Positions 33,211 through 41,347 of a stretch of 41,347 nucleotides of DNA are shown in pieces (position 1 is the stretch's first letter; every line of letters begins with the position of its first letter). The stretch comes from Anaerolineales bacterium (GTDB lineage: Bacteria > Chloroflexota > Anaerolineae > Anaerolineales > Villigracilaceae). Below the pieces are notes generated by a model. That model did no database searches. It worked only from the letters and a program-made list of their open reading frames with translations, and was not told the origin of the DNA. Location: NCBI GenBank assembly GCA_035471605.1, contig DATIPW010000057.1:1-41347 (forward strand), in the 5' to 3' direction. The position numbers and the translations under genes were made by a program.

Positions 33211-35910
33211 TCACAGCAGCTCCAGTTCCTTGGCCTGGCGGACTGCGGCTCTGCGGCTGTTCACTCCAAGCTTCGCGTAGATGCTCTTCGTGTGAGTGCG
33301 GATCGTGTTCAGGGATACGGTCAACTCCCCGGCAATTTCGGGCCCGGACAGGTCCGTTCTCAGGAGTCTCAGGACGTCCAATTCGCGTTCAGTAAGCGGA
33401 TCGACCAGGGGGCCCGAAGTCGTTGACCGTCCCTCGCCATCCACCCTTTCAAAGGCTGCCAACAATCTGCCAATATATTTACCCAGAGGTCCGCTCGCCT
33501 CGATCTGGCGAACCAACTTGAGCATGGGCTCGCCCTCATCGACATAAGTCCGCACGAATTTCTCCTCTGCGGCCAGACCCAGCGCTTCCCGCAGGGATAA
33601 CAAGGCCTGATCCTGCAGACCTTGTGCGGAAGATGCCAGCGACTGGAGTGCCAGGAGCTCGATCAGGTCGCGCGTGCATCCGACAGACCTGGCTATGTTC
33701 AACATTCGAGCGATCAGAGATTGGGCTCTTGAAAGTTCGTCCCCTTCAGGATTCCACCGTCCCAGGTATAGAAGGCAGCGCGCCAGCGCCGCATGCCTGA
33801 ACCCATCGAAGTAGGCGATCTCATCATCGACGTCCAGGTCATTTTCACGGAAGACATTCAATGCCTCGCTGGGCAGCTTCTGTTCCAGCAGTAATCTGAC
33901 CCTTCCATCGATCATGAGTTGCCGGGTGCCGGCGGCCAGGTTCAGCGTATTCTGTGCCATTCGTTCCGCTGATTTGTACGACTCCATGGCCTCGTCCACA
34001 TTGCCCAAAGACAATTGAACACGGGTCATGACGGCATAGCCGGATATCACCGCGTCGACCATTCTTGCGGGCTCACCGATCCGAATGCCTTCATCCAGAA
34101 GCGCCAAGGCAGATTCCAGGTCATTCCATTCGCGAGAGATGTTGGCAAGGTGCACGCAGGCTGAACTTGCGTAGGGAATATGGATTTGGGTCTTCTCGTA
34201 TCTGAGGTCGATAGCCTGCTGAAAGGTGTCGGCCGCCTGTGAAAGCCGGCCCTGAAGTGCCTGCGTCACGCCCAATTCAAGAATGATGGCCTGGGCCAGG
34301 ATGCGATTGCCGACTCTGAGACTTTCCCGGCGCGCCTCTTTGAAGATCTTGATGGCGCCATCAAGGTCGCCGCTGGCCCGAGCCGCGAGCGCCAGGGCAT
34401 CCGTCGCGACGGCACGATTGAAATGGTCGCCCGGCAAGTGGTGCAGGGCCTGAGTTGCATATTCGCGGGATTTCGCCAGCCGCCCGTCCAAGAGAGCGAA
34501 TAGAGCCCGGATCGCCGCGACTTGCCCCTGAATGGCCGACTTCCCGCCCACAGGTTCCGGTGTGGATTCATCTTCAAGTGCTCGTTCCGCGGCTGCCAGG
34601 TAGCTCTCACCCTCTTCAACTCTCGCCCACCGCTGATACATCCAAGCCCGGATGATACAGAGCCATGGCCAACCGAGGACAATATCTTCAGGGATGGCAT
34701 CCAACCACGTGGCCAGTTGGTCAAACTCACTTTGCATCATCATGTCCGGCCCGATGGCTTCCACCAACTGAGCCGCCTGTACGAAATCTCCACCGAGCAA
34801 AGCATGATCGATGGCTTCGGTGATGAGCCCTTGCCGTTTCAGCCATTCTGAAGCGCGCCGATGCAATTCCGGAACATTGTGGGCCGCATCTTCACGCAAT
34901 CGCTGCACAAGGAACTCAGCAAAAAGGTGATGATAGCGAAACCAATCTCGGTCTTCGTCGAGAGGAATGAGGAATGTATTGGCTTCGTGCAGGTGGCGAA
35001 GGATCCTGCTGCTCGTCGAAGAATCCAGCGTGGCATCACACAGAGCCGCATTGAATCGCTGAAGGACGGACGTTTGAAGCAGGAAGGCCTGGACTTCCTC
35101 TGGTTCTCGTGACAGCACCTCATCAAGCAGGTAGTCAATGATGTGCTGATGGCTCCCGGAGAACGCGGCAATGAATTCGTCCTTGTCTGGTCTCCCTCGG
35201 AGCGACAATGCGGCCAACTGCAATCCGGTGATCCATCCCTCGGTTCGCGCAAGGAGGGTCGTCGTCTGCTCTGCAGACAGCCGCAACTCCAATTCGTCGT
35301 TTAGGTATGCGACTACTTCCGACTCAGTGAAGCGAAGATCGTGCGCACGAACCTCGACCATCTCTCCTCTCGCCCTCAGACGCGCAAGGGAGAAAGGCGG
35401 ATCGACACGCCCACTTACGATCAAGTGGGCGTTGTGAGGCAGGTGAGCCAGCAGGAACTCCATGGCACCATGGATTGCTTGCGACGTTATGAGGTGATAG
35501 TCATCAAGCACTAAGTAGAATTGATGCTTGGAGACCGACAGTTCGTTGATGAGGGTGGTGAAAAGCGGTTCGATTGGGGGACTATCGGTGGCTTCCAGTG
35601 TCTGCAGCAACTCCTCGCCAACGCCACCATCGATTTTCTGGATGGCAGCCACAAAGTATCCGAGGAAGCGCTTCAGGTTGTTGTCATTTTCGTCCAACGA
35701 CAACCAGGCCACCGATTTCCCTTCGTGCCTCGCCCATTCGCTGACGAGAGTACTCTTCCCATACCCTGCAGGCGCCGATAGAAGGATTAGTTTGCGGTCT
35801 TCCCCGTCGTGCAGTTGGCCAACCAGACGTGGCCGCATCACCAGCTTGGCGCCAGCAGGCGGAATGTAGAGTTTGGTACTCAGGAGTGAAGTAGTCAATC
35901 TGGACTCCAA
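33211..35910 (-). CDS. MalT/LuxR-type large ATP-dependent transcriptional regulator (STAND NTPase, TPR-like repeats, LuxR HTH)
   Basis: Walker A LLSAPAGYGKSTL, Walker B YLVLDDYH, a long helical repeat region, and C-terminal LTERELDVLRLL....EIAGELTVSLNTIRTHTKSIYAKLGV. TTG start at 35910. TTG 35898, preceded by GGAG, is an alternative. Confidence 0.9.
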   Translation of the reverse strand: MESRLTTSLLSTKLYIPPAGAKLVMRPRLVGQLHDGEDRKLILLSAPAGYGKSTLVSEWARHEGKSVAWLSLDENDNNLKRFLGYFVAAIQKIDGGVGEELLQTLEATDSPPIEPLFTTLINELSVSKHQFYLVLDDYHLITSQAIHGAMEFLLAHLPHNAHLIVSGRVDPPFSLARLRARGEMVEVRAHDLRFTESEVVAYLNDELELRLSAEQTTTLLARTEGWITGLQLAALSLRGRPDKDEFIAAFSGSHQHIIDYLLDEVLSREPEEVQAFLLQTSVLQRFNAALCDATLDSSTSSRILRHLHEANTFLIPLDEDRDWFRYHHLFAEFLVQRLREDAAHNVPELHRRASEWLKRQGLITEAIDHALLGGDFVQAAQLVEAIGPDMMMQSEFDQLATWLDAIPEDIVLGWPWLCIIRAWMYQRWARVEEGESYLAAAERALEDESTPEPVGGKSAIQGQVAAIRALFALLDGRLAKSREYATQALHHLPGDHFNRAVATDALALAARASGDLDGAIKIFKEARRESLRVGNRILAQAIILELGVTQALQGRLSQAADTFQQAIDLRYEKTQIHIPYASSACVHLANISREWNDLESALALLDEGIRIGEPARMVDAVISGYAVMTRVQLSLGNVDEAMESYKSAERMAQNTLNLAAGTRQLMIDGRVRLLLEQKLPSEALNVFRENDLDVDDEIAYFDGFRHAALARCLLYLGRWNPEGDELSRAQSLIARMLNIARSVGCTRDLIELLALQSLASSAQGLQDQALLSLREALGLAAEEKFVRTYVDEGEPMLKLVRQIEASGPLGKYIGRLLAAFERVDGEGRSTTSGPLVDPLTERELDVLRLLRTDLSGPEIAGELTVSLNTIRTHTKSIYAKLGVNSRRAAVRQAKELELL

Positions 35911-36277
35911 AACTCCCGTTACAAGGGTTGCCGATATGATACACGATTCCGTTGCTGCGACCGCCGCTCAATAGATGGAACTAATAAAACACAGGTGAAA
36001 ACGGCACTTCACGAGAGCAAGAGGCGAAGAAGAAACAACATGATTGCACCCTTGGAGACTCGGAAGCATCGGAGAAGGGATGAGTTCGTCCTTTGTGAAG
36101 CGTTGATGCCTGGTGCGCAACCTAACGAGAGCCGTGACCTGTACTCCACGCGTGCCAGAACTCCTACCTGATGGAGCCTCCTTGGCCCACACATTGATCC
36201 CGCTGCCTGCAGGCCGACCTCTTTCAGTTGCCGGAGAGAGCGCTTGACAACCCGCCCCCCGATCTGCTTTACTAGTA

Positions 36278-36475
36278 GTGCTGGCCCGGTCCAGTCCCGA
36301 TCATGACCCAAGAACAGAAGAAGAGCAGCAACAGCGAGGCGCTGGTCAAGTTCCTGGCCCTCGTAGGCTCAAACGCGCCTTGGAGAAGCTGGCGGCCGAG
36401 CGCAATGTGGCGCTCTCGGCCCTGCTGCGACTGATGACTTCGGAGTACGTCAGGCGGGTCAATGAACAGACATGA
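36278..36475 (+). pseudogene. Small ribbon-helix-helix-like gene upstream of parA, possibly frame-disrupted
   Basis: The C-terminal part RRLKRALEKLAAERNVALSALLRLMTSEYVRRV looks like RHH helices. The only ATG with a plausible N-terminus (36303, MTQEQKKSSNSEALVKF..) is in a different frame. The stop overlaps the parA ATG (ATGA). Confidence 0.3.
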
Positions 36476-36965
36476 TCATTTCAATCGCCAACCAGAAAGG
36501 AGGAGTGGCCAAGAGCACCACCGCCATCAACCTGGCGGCTGGACTGGCCTCCGGTGGACACAATGTGCTGCTGATCGATGCCGATCCGCAATCGAACTCG
36601 ACCCGGGTTTTCCTTCACCCCGATGTCGAGGCCGCACTGGAGAGGTCGCTGTACGCCCTCATCATCAACTTCTCCCCCATCGCTTCGGTCGTGCGCAAGA
36701 CGGGCCTCCAGAACCTCTCCTCTGTCCCGGCGCACATCCGCCTCTCGGGAATCGACCTGGAGCTTGGCCAGGCCATCGACAATCGCAGTGAAAGGCTGAA
36801 GTCAAGTTCGCCAGGGAAAAGTACGACTACATCATCATCGATACTCCCCCATCCCTCGGGATTCTCAGCATCAACGCCTTCGTGGCAAGCGACCAGCTTT
36901 TCCACGAGTTCGATCTTTTGTGCTCAAGCACCCTCACCGTAACGCTCCGGTCGGCCGGGCCCTAA
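36472..36965 (+). pseudogene. parA: ParA/Soj-family partition ATPase, frameshifted and 3'-truncated
   Basis: [37 protein letters not shown].. is a deviant Walker A. Homology jumps frame near 36800, where the next frame reads [32 protein letters not shown]. After that, resemblance ends and a stop follows. Only about 140 residues of ParA-like sequence remain, well short of the usual length. Confidence 0.6.
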
Positions 36966-37230
36966 TGCTGCCGCCCCCTGACGGCTGCCGTATCCTTTTC
37001 ATCGTGATCTCCAGCGTGTTTTGATTGTCATCTGAACGCCCAGGCGTGCCGCGGCAGGTGAACAGACCTGCAAGGTGTTCTTGTGGTGCTTTGACTATCG
37101 CCGTTCCACAATCCCAAGGCTTGGATGAGATCAGTCTATGAGCCCAGTCGAATTGCCATGCCGAGGGGAATGAGTTGGAGTGATGATGAGCCGGTTAACT
37201 TCTGTTTCGCGTGCGGACCCTTGGATTGCC

Positions 37231-38454
37231 CTAGGGAACGACCTGCCCATTCAAGCTGGCCCCAAATAGCGCAACAATCACAGGGCGGTAGTCGACACCC
37301 AGGGATTCTGCCCGGATGGTGTGTGAACCGGGATCGAATCCACTGACTTCGATGTACCCGCCGTACGAATAGTCATAGATATCCTGTCTAATTTGACCCA
37401 GCCTCAAGGTGTCACCGCGCCAGACCTCCTGGCCGTCGAATAGCACGCGCGCCCAGCCCATTGTGTGCTTGCCGTAGATTTGCACGCCGATGGCGCTTGC
37501 CGGAGTATCGACGGTCATCTCGGTCCAATCATGTAGTCCCCACAATACGCGAGTGAAACCATACGGAATTGAAACATCGCTGGCTCCAATGGTGTAGCCG
37601 TCTGGCATGTCCCTCGCCAAGGATGCCCTCAGAAGCAGCTCCGGTGGAGCACTGAAGAGCTGCACATAGCCCGGATACACATTGACGATCAGACCATCGG
37701 GCGCGGGAGGCGCATCCGCCTGTAGGCGAGTAACATCGACCTCCTCGCAGGCTGGTTCACGATAGTAGTGGCCACCGGCGCCCGTGTACCCGCTCAGCGG
37801 ACCGCAGTTTATCCACTCCTGCCCGGCGAGGTTCTTGCCGCGCAGGTCGATGGAGCAAGGATCGTCGATCAGTTCTAGAACGAGAACGCGGTCAGCCAAC
37901 CCCCATCGGTCTTCGATACGCCATCGATATTCACCAGTTACCTGTGGGCAATAAGGATCGTTGAACAGATATAGGTGATCATCAGCCACAGAATAGGACG
38001 CGATGCTGTGCCAACCAGTTACGTTGTAAAGTATCCGCATGACGCCGCGGTCGAAACGCATCTTCCAGATGCCGCCGGCGGGACGATAATCCGCACAGCG
38101 CAGGCACTGCCACCACTCCGGCCAGGAAGCATCATACTTGGCGAAGGTACCGTCGATCTGTGTCATCTCGCCCGGCGGCAGATCGGTACTGTAGGGATTG
38201 GGTGTTTTCGCTTGTAGGCTGGCCCAGATATGAGCAGGAGACGGAAGCGGAGTTAGAGTAGAGGCTGGTAGGCTCGTTGATGATCGAGACGATGCGGGCG
38301 TGATGACGCTTGTCGCAGTCGGGGGCACGCTAACGGTTGGCGCAGCGGAGGTGGAAGTGGGCAGTGCCACCAAAGGCGAGCAGGACGCCACCAGCGTCGT
38401 CGCAAAGGCAATCACAGCACCCAGTGTGCGCACGCTAGCCCCCGATCGATTCAT
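37231..38454 (-). CDS. Lipoprotein (about 407 aa) with Ser/Thr/Pro linker; contains the two-Cys domain shared with 39002 and 39934
   Basis: Signal peptide and lipobox MNRSGASVRTLGAVIAFATTLVASC, then a PTS-rich linker. The domain block is CPQVTGEYRWRIEDRWGLADRVLVLELIDDPCSIDLRGKNL. Start at ATG 38454. The track ORF extends to 38601. Confidence 0.7.
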   Translation of the reverse strand: MNRSGASVRTLGAVIAFATTLVASCSPLVALPTSTSAAPTVSVPPTATSVITPASSRSSTSLPASTLTPLPSPAHIWASLQAKTPNPYSTDLPPGEMTQIDGTFAKYDASWPEWWQCLRCADYRPAGGIWKMRFDRGVMRILYNVTGWHSIASYSVADDHLYLFNDPYCPQVTGEYRWRIEDRWGLADRVLVLELIDDPCSIDLRGKNLAGQEWINCGPLSGYTGAGGHYYREPACEEVDVTRLQADAPPAPDGLIVNVYPGYVQLFSAPPELLLRASLARDMPDGYTIGASDVSIPYGFTRVLWGLHDWTEMTVDTPASAIGVQIYGKHTMGWARVLFDGQEVWRGDTLRLGQIRQDIYDYSYGGYIEVSGFDPGSHTIRAESLGVDYRPVIVALFGASLNGQVVP

Positions 38455-39001
38455 CCTCTTCAATTGTATCGCCCCACTTCGGCCGGTCGTGCTGGGCCGC
38501 CTGTCGTGGCTTTGTGAGTTGTGCGAGACATTGGCCCGATAGGTCTTTGACAGCTCGTGAAAGCAGTGGGGTTGGGTGGCAGGCCCCGAAGATCGCCCCA
38601 AAATCGGCCTGTCGCCGGCAGGCCACCGTCAGCAAACCTGCTTGCTCAACGTCTTGCACGGGGGGATTCGTCGATCGGCAGGATTGAACGCTGCCCCTGC
38701 ATACACGGCCAACGGGGAATCGGAGAACGATCGACACCGCCGCATTGCGCTCACACAATAGACAAACGGGGCGATATGACAAACGTCACTTGAATCACAA
38801 ATTGACGGTCGCTAGACTGACAGTGGCAGGGCCGCATTTGCCTGCGTGGCCCGGCAGAATCTGAATGGAGAAGGCGGAATCATTGTCTCCAGGCAGGTTC
38901 CGAGCATGGAGATGTGTCTATATGGTAGTGGGGGGCATACCGCCGAGGATTGTTGACGGAAGCTTGCGTCAGGAGATCCAAGGAGTCTCGGAGGAGAAAC
39001 A

Positions 39002-39457
39002 ATGAAAAGCCTTGTCTGGGTGTTTGCCTTGATCGCCTTGCTGGGTGTTGCGGCACAGGCCTGTGACTCCAAAATGAACCAGTCCAATGCTCCTATTCTC
39101 GGGACGTATGAGGCCGAGGTCACAGCCGCCGCGATACAGGCTGCCGGCGGAGGAGTAGCCGTTGTGGCCGCCGAAGAAGGCGCATGGCAACTGGAATTCA
39201 CCAAAGAGGGCCAGTGCCGGCTGATTCGGCTGCGCCCCGTCGGCGGTCCAATGCTGGAGGAGGAGGTGCCCTTCCATCTTTCCGGCGATACGTTGGTCTT
39301 GGAACCGCGCTCCGGCGAACTCGGCTGCTTTCCAAGTGAAGGCCAAGGGACCTATCGCTGGAAATTGGAGGGTGAGCAACTTACCCTGACTGCCATTGAG
39401 GATCACTGCTACCGGCAGTTTGCATTGACCGTCAATCCGTGGATCAAGACACGCTGA
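39002..39457 (+). CDS. Small lipoprotein, two-Cys domain paralog
   Basis: SD GGAGGAG. Lipobox MKSLVWVFALIALLGVAAQAC. Domain block CFPSEGQGTYRWKLEGEQLTLTAIEDHCYRQFAL. Confidence 0.7.
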   Translation: MKSLVWVFALIALLGVAAQACDSKMNQSNAPILGTYEAEVTAAAIQAAGGGVAVVAAEEGAWQLEFTKEGQCRLIRLRPVGGPMLEEEVPFHLSGDTLVLEPRSGELGCFPSEGQGTYRWKLEGEQLTLTAIEDHCYRQFALTVNPWIKTR

Positions 39458-39816
39458 TCCCACAAGTAATGTCAATCAGTGCCACTTTCCAGCTGACGGC
39501 GTGGACTGGGGCACATAGTGCAGCCTGTGGGCCCGGAGGGCGCGCGAGCAGAGCAATCTGAAAGGTAGACCAGAAAGATAGCGCACCCGGACCTCTGCTT
39601 GCTGCGGTCAGGACATGAACAACGGAGCCGCTCGCTCTACTGAATGGGCGGGGATGCGCCTTTCCAACACGCACCTGTTCCCGCCACACCGAGCCAGATC
39701 AGCCGCCAATCTTTCAGGCAGCGCATCCAAAGCTCAGCCGCGCTCCACGTAGGGAAAGTGCTTTCCGCCGGGTGGCTTGATGTGCCTATCCTCCTCAAGG
39801 ACGCCAGTCGGGAACC

Positions 39817-39844
39817 TTGACAATCCGAGACACGAGACTATAAT
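39817..39844 (+). promoter_or_regulatory. Near-consensus sigma70-type promoter for the 39934 lipoprotein gene
   Basis: TTGACA (39817..39822), 16 nt, TATAAT (39839..39844). A GCCGA/TCGGC hairpin around TTTTAAAAC (39847..39865) follows. Confidence 0.55.
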
Positions 39845-39933
39845 GCGCCGATTTTAAAACTCGGCCGGACCACGTTGTGAAGCCCAGCACGTGCGACTCG
39901 ACAATGTCCGTCCACCAGACAAGGAGAGAGGCT

Positions 39934-40323
39934 GTGCACGTAAAGTCGCATTTGTGGATTGCGGTCGTCGTTCTTGGCAGTATTGTGGTGGGTGCCTGTG
40001 CCGGGCCTTCCGGACAGGCCGCCGCGGCTTTCCCGGCTGGCGTCTACAAGCCGGCGCAGAAGCTCTATGCCGATGAGCTGACATTCGGAGAGGACGGCAG
40101 GTACCAGATCACCGTCGGGACTTGGCAGATCCACGGCAGCTATGCTGTGGACGGCACCAAGATTGTGCTCACCAACGAAGACACGGCGGAGTGCCGCGAC
40201 TATCCCGGCACCTACGGCTGGGAAGCCCGGGGAAATGAACTGACCCTGAAGGCAATCGAGGACACGTGCACGGGCTCGGACCGCGAGAAGGACCTTTCGC
40301 GCTCCTGGGTTCTGCAACCCTGA
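39934..40323 (+). CDS. Small lipoprotein, two-Cys domain paralog
   Basis: GTG 39934 follows AAGGAGAGAGG. Lipobox VHVKSHLWIAVVVLGSIVVGAC. Domain block CRDYPGTYGWEARGNELTLKAIEDTCTGSDREKDL. Confidence 0.65.
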   Translation: MHVKSHLWIAVVVLGSIVVGACAGPSGQAAAAFPAGVYKPAQKLYADELTFGEDGRYQITVGTWQIHGSYAVDGTKIVLTNEDTAECRDYPGTYGWEARGNELTLKAIEDTCTGSDREKDLSRSWVLQP

Positions 40324-40474
40324 GAGCATCCGGGCAAGCCCCGGGCTGGGCGGGTCCGCTGCGCGTCGACTTGCCCGCGGATGCCGTTCCGGAGCTCTAG
40401 CGCAGAAGGGCGTCACAATGCCGGGGAAGTAGTCGGCTTCTTGTCCGCCAGTGGCACGTCTTGCTTGGATTCAA

Positions 40475-40506
40475 TCACAAACGCCTGGCGATCCAGGCGT
40501 TTGTGA
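40475..40506. terminator. Perfect 14-bp-stem palindrome between convergent genes (candidate bidirectional terminator)
   Basis: TCACAAACGCCTGG, cgat, CCAGGCGTTTGTGA. No clear U tract on either side. Confidence 0.45.
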
Positions 40507-40689
40507 CTCTCCAGATTGCTGCACCGGCCTTGGGGCAGCGCGCCATGATGACGGCGTCTGCAGTCTGCATCGCAATGTTCGGCTGGTCCAGGGCAGGTGC
40601 TGCACTTCCTTTGCGCTTCAGTCGAAATGCAGTCCGTTGGCTGCGCGTGGGAAGAGATATGTGCTGGTTCCGTAGTATGAATATGGTAC

Positions 40690-41196
40690 TCAGATGAAGA
40701 CAATCTGGGCACCCTCGGTCATGTCCATGAAGTCGCTGGCGGTGACAACCTTTTCGACACATGGCAGGAAATCATCCTGCTTGAGGCCCCACATATCAAC
40801 GGTCATCTTGCAACCGTACATCTTTGCCCCGCCATCGGAAAGCATGTCCAAGTATTCCCGCACGGTGGGTACGCCCAGTTTCTTCATCTTCCATTTCATG
40901 AACCAGGTGGCGAAGGCGGTCATGCCGGGAATGATTCCCAGAATGTTGGGAATACCCAGGTTGCCGGTGGGCAATCCCATCAGGCTAAACTTGAAGCCCG
41001 TGTTGGCTACCGGCGCGATTTCGAGATGGTCCACGCGCTTCTTGGTGACAAGATCCAGTCCCCAGAAGGTGAAGAAGATAGTGACATCAATGCCGTTGCC
41101 GAGGGCTGCCCATCCCATGATGAGCGCGGGATAAGCCATATCAAGGTCGCTTTTGGAACAGATGAAGGCCATGTGACGGTTCTTTTGCTCAGCCAT
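40690..41196 (-). CDS. DsrE/DsrF/DrsH-like family protein (sulfur-relay / 'peroxiredoxin family' annotation class)
   Basis: MAFICSKSDLDMAYPALIMGWAALGNGIDVTIFFTFWGLDLV....PNILGIIPGMTAFATWFMKWKMKK....MYGCKMTVDMWGL....EGAQIVFI is the characteristic layout of this family. SD AAGGAGA lies before ATG 41196. Confidence 0.75.
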   Translation of the reverse strand: MAEQKNRHMAFICSKSDLDMAYPALIMGWAALGNGIDVTIFFTFWGLDLVTKKRVDHLEIAPVANTGFKFSLMGLPTGNLGIPNILGIIPGMTAFATWFMKWKMKKLGVPTVREYLDMLSDGGAKMYGCKMTVDMWGLKQDDFLPCVEKVVTASDFMDMTEGAQIVFI

Positions 41197-41224
41197 TCTA
41201 GATTCTCCTTGTCGTTCCGCTGAA

Positions 41225-41347
41225 CTACACACAACCCTCAGGCTTGCCGAGACCAGCGATCTTCGCGACCTTCTTGGCCGGGCCCTTTGGGAAGAGAGCG
41301 AACAGGTCCTTGGTGGAAACGCCGGTCCCGCTCGTGATCTGGCGTAG
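41225..41347 (-). CDS. DsrC/TusE-family protein, C-terminal 40 codons only (N-terminus outside the window)
   Basis: Manual minus-strand translation gives LRQITSGTGVSTKDLFALFPKGPAKKVAKIAGLGKPEGCV*. This is the typical DsrC/TusE tail (..LFP.GP.K.A.KIAGLPKP.GCV) with the penultimate Cys. Confidence 0.75.
   Translation of the reverse strand, partial: LRQITSGTGVSTKDLFALFPKGPAKKVAKIAGLGKPEGCV

Noticed and set aside
40413-40762. Short ORFs on both strands in the convergent spacer (40413..40712, 40461..40697, 40475..40762)
   Set aside because: They mutually overlap and cross the perfect palindrome. They have no SD and no recognisable motifs.
1-41347. CRISPR arrays, rRNA genes, intact IS elements or transposases, and known defence-system genes
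   Set aside because: I scanned the non-coding stretches (4760-5042, 8578-9035, 20434-20743, 26660-27905, 30237-30757, 35911-36277, 36966-37230, 38455-39001, 39458-39933, 40324-40689). I found no regularly spaced repeats, no rRNA-like sequence and no terminal inverted repeats bracketing a transposase.

Overview
GC-rich bacterial window, judged by eye and not computed. I saw no rRNA, no complete tRNA and no CRISPR array. Gene content and Shine-Dalgarno use suggest a Chloroflexota-like or similar soil or aquatic bacterium, which is a weak inference.

Positions 1-26659 form a dense carbohydrate-catabolic supercluster in three transcription units:
(i) Minus-strand unit 8577->1: TIM-barrel isomerase/epimerase, Gfo/Idh/MocA oxidoreductase, FucI/AraA-like isomerase, ROK regulator, ketose-3-epimerase-like enzyme, two-domain sugar ABC ATPase and a permease.
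(ii) Plus-strand 12-gene operon 9036-20433: GntR/HutC regulator, 2 FGGY kinases, Gfo/Idh/MocA oxidoreductase, Zn-ADH, phosphotriesterase-family hydrolase, archaeal-type cupin phosphoglucose isomerase, 2-hydroxyacid dehydrogenase, KDPG-type aldolase, shikimate-DH-like protein, C_GCAxxG_C_C protein and DeoC-type aldolase.
(iii) Plus-strand 6-gene operon 20744-26659: TIM barrel, Zn-ADH, VOC/glyoxalase, Old-Yellow-Enzyme flavoprotein, Gfo/Idh/MocA oxidoreductase and TIM barrel.

Each unit is preceded by a sigma70-like promoter. Two of these are exact TTGACA-N17-TAyAAT. Each promoter is followed immediately by the same ~20-bp inverted repeat (TTGTAAT-N6-ATTACAA type), which suggests one regulon, probably under the encoded GntR. 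The enzyme set matches no textbook pathway I can name, and it is my best candidate for an undescribed catabolic system.

Positions 26662-27379 look like the scar of an integrative element. They hold a decayed tyrosine-recombinase 3' fragment, a tRNA 3'-end fragment and a ~31-bp direct repeat.

The right third encodes:
- a polytopic M28 peptidase with a coupled upstream mini-ORF;
- small membrane proteins;
- a MalT/LuxR STAND regulator, conserved small protein and divergent squalene/phytoene-synthase-family enzyme, probably one operon;
- a frameshifted RHH/ParA partition remnant;
- three paralogous lipoproteins sharing a two-Cys domain;
- DsrE-like and DsrC/TusE-like genes at the edge.

Most long ORFs antisense to these genes are GC-driven shadow ORFs.
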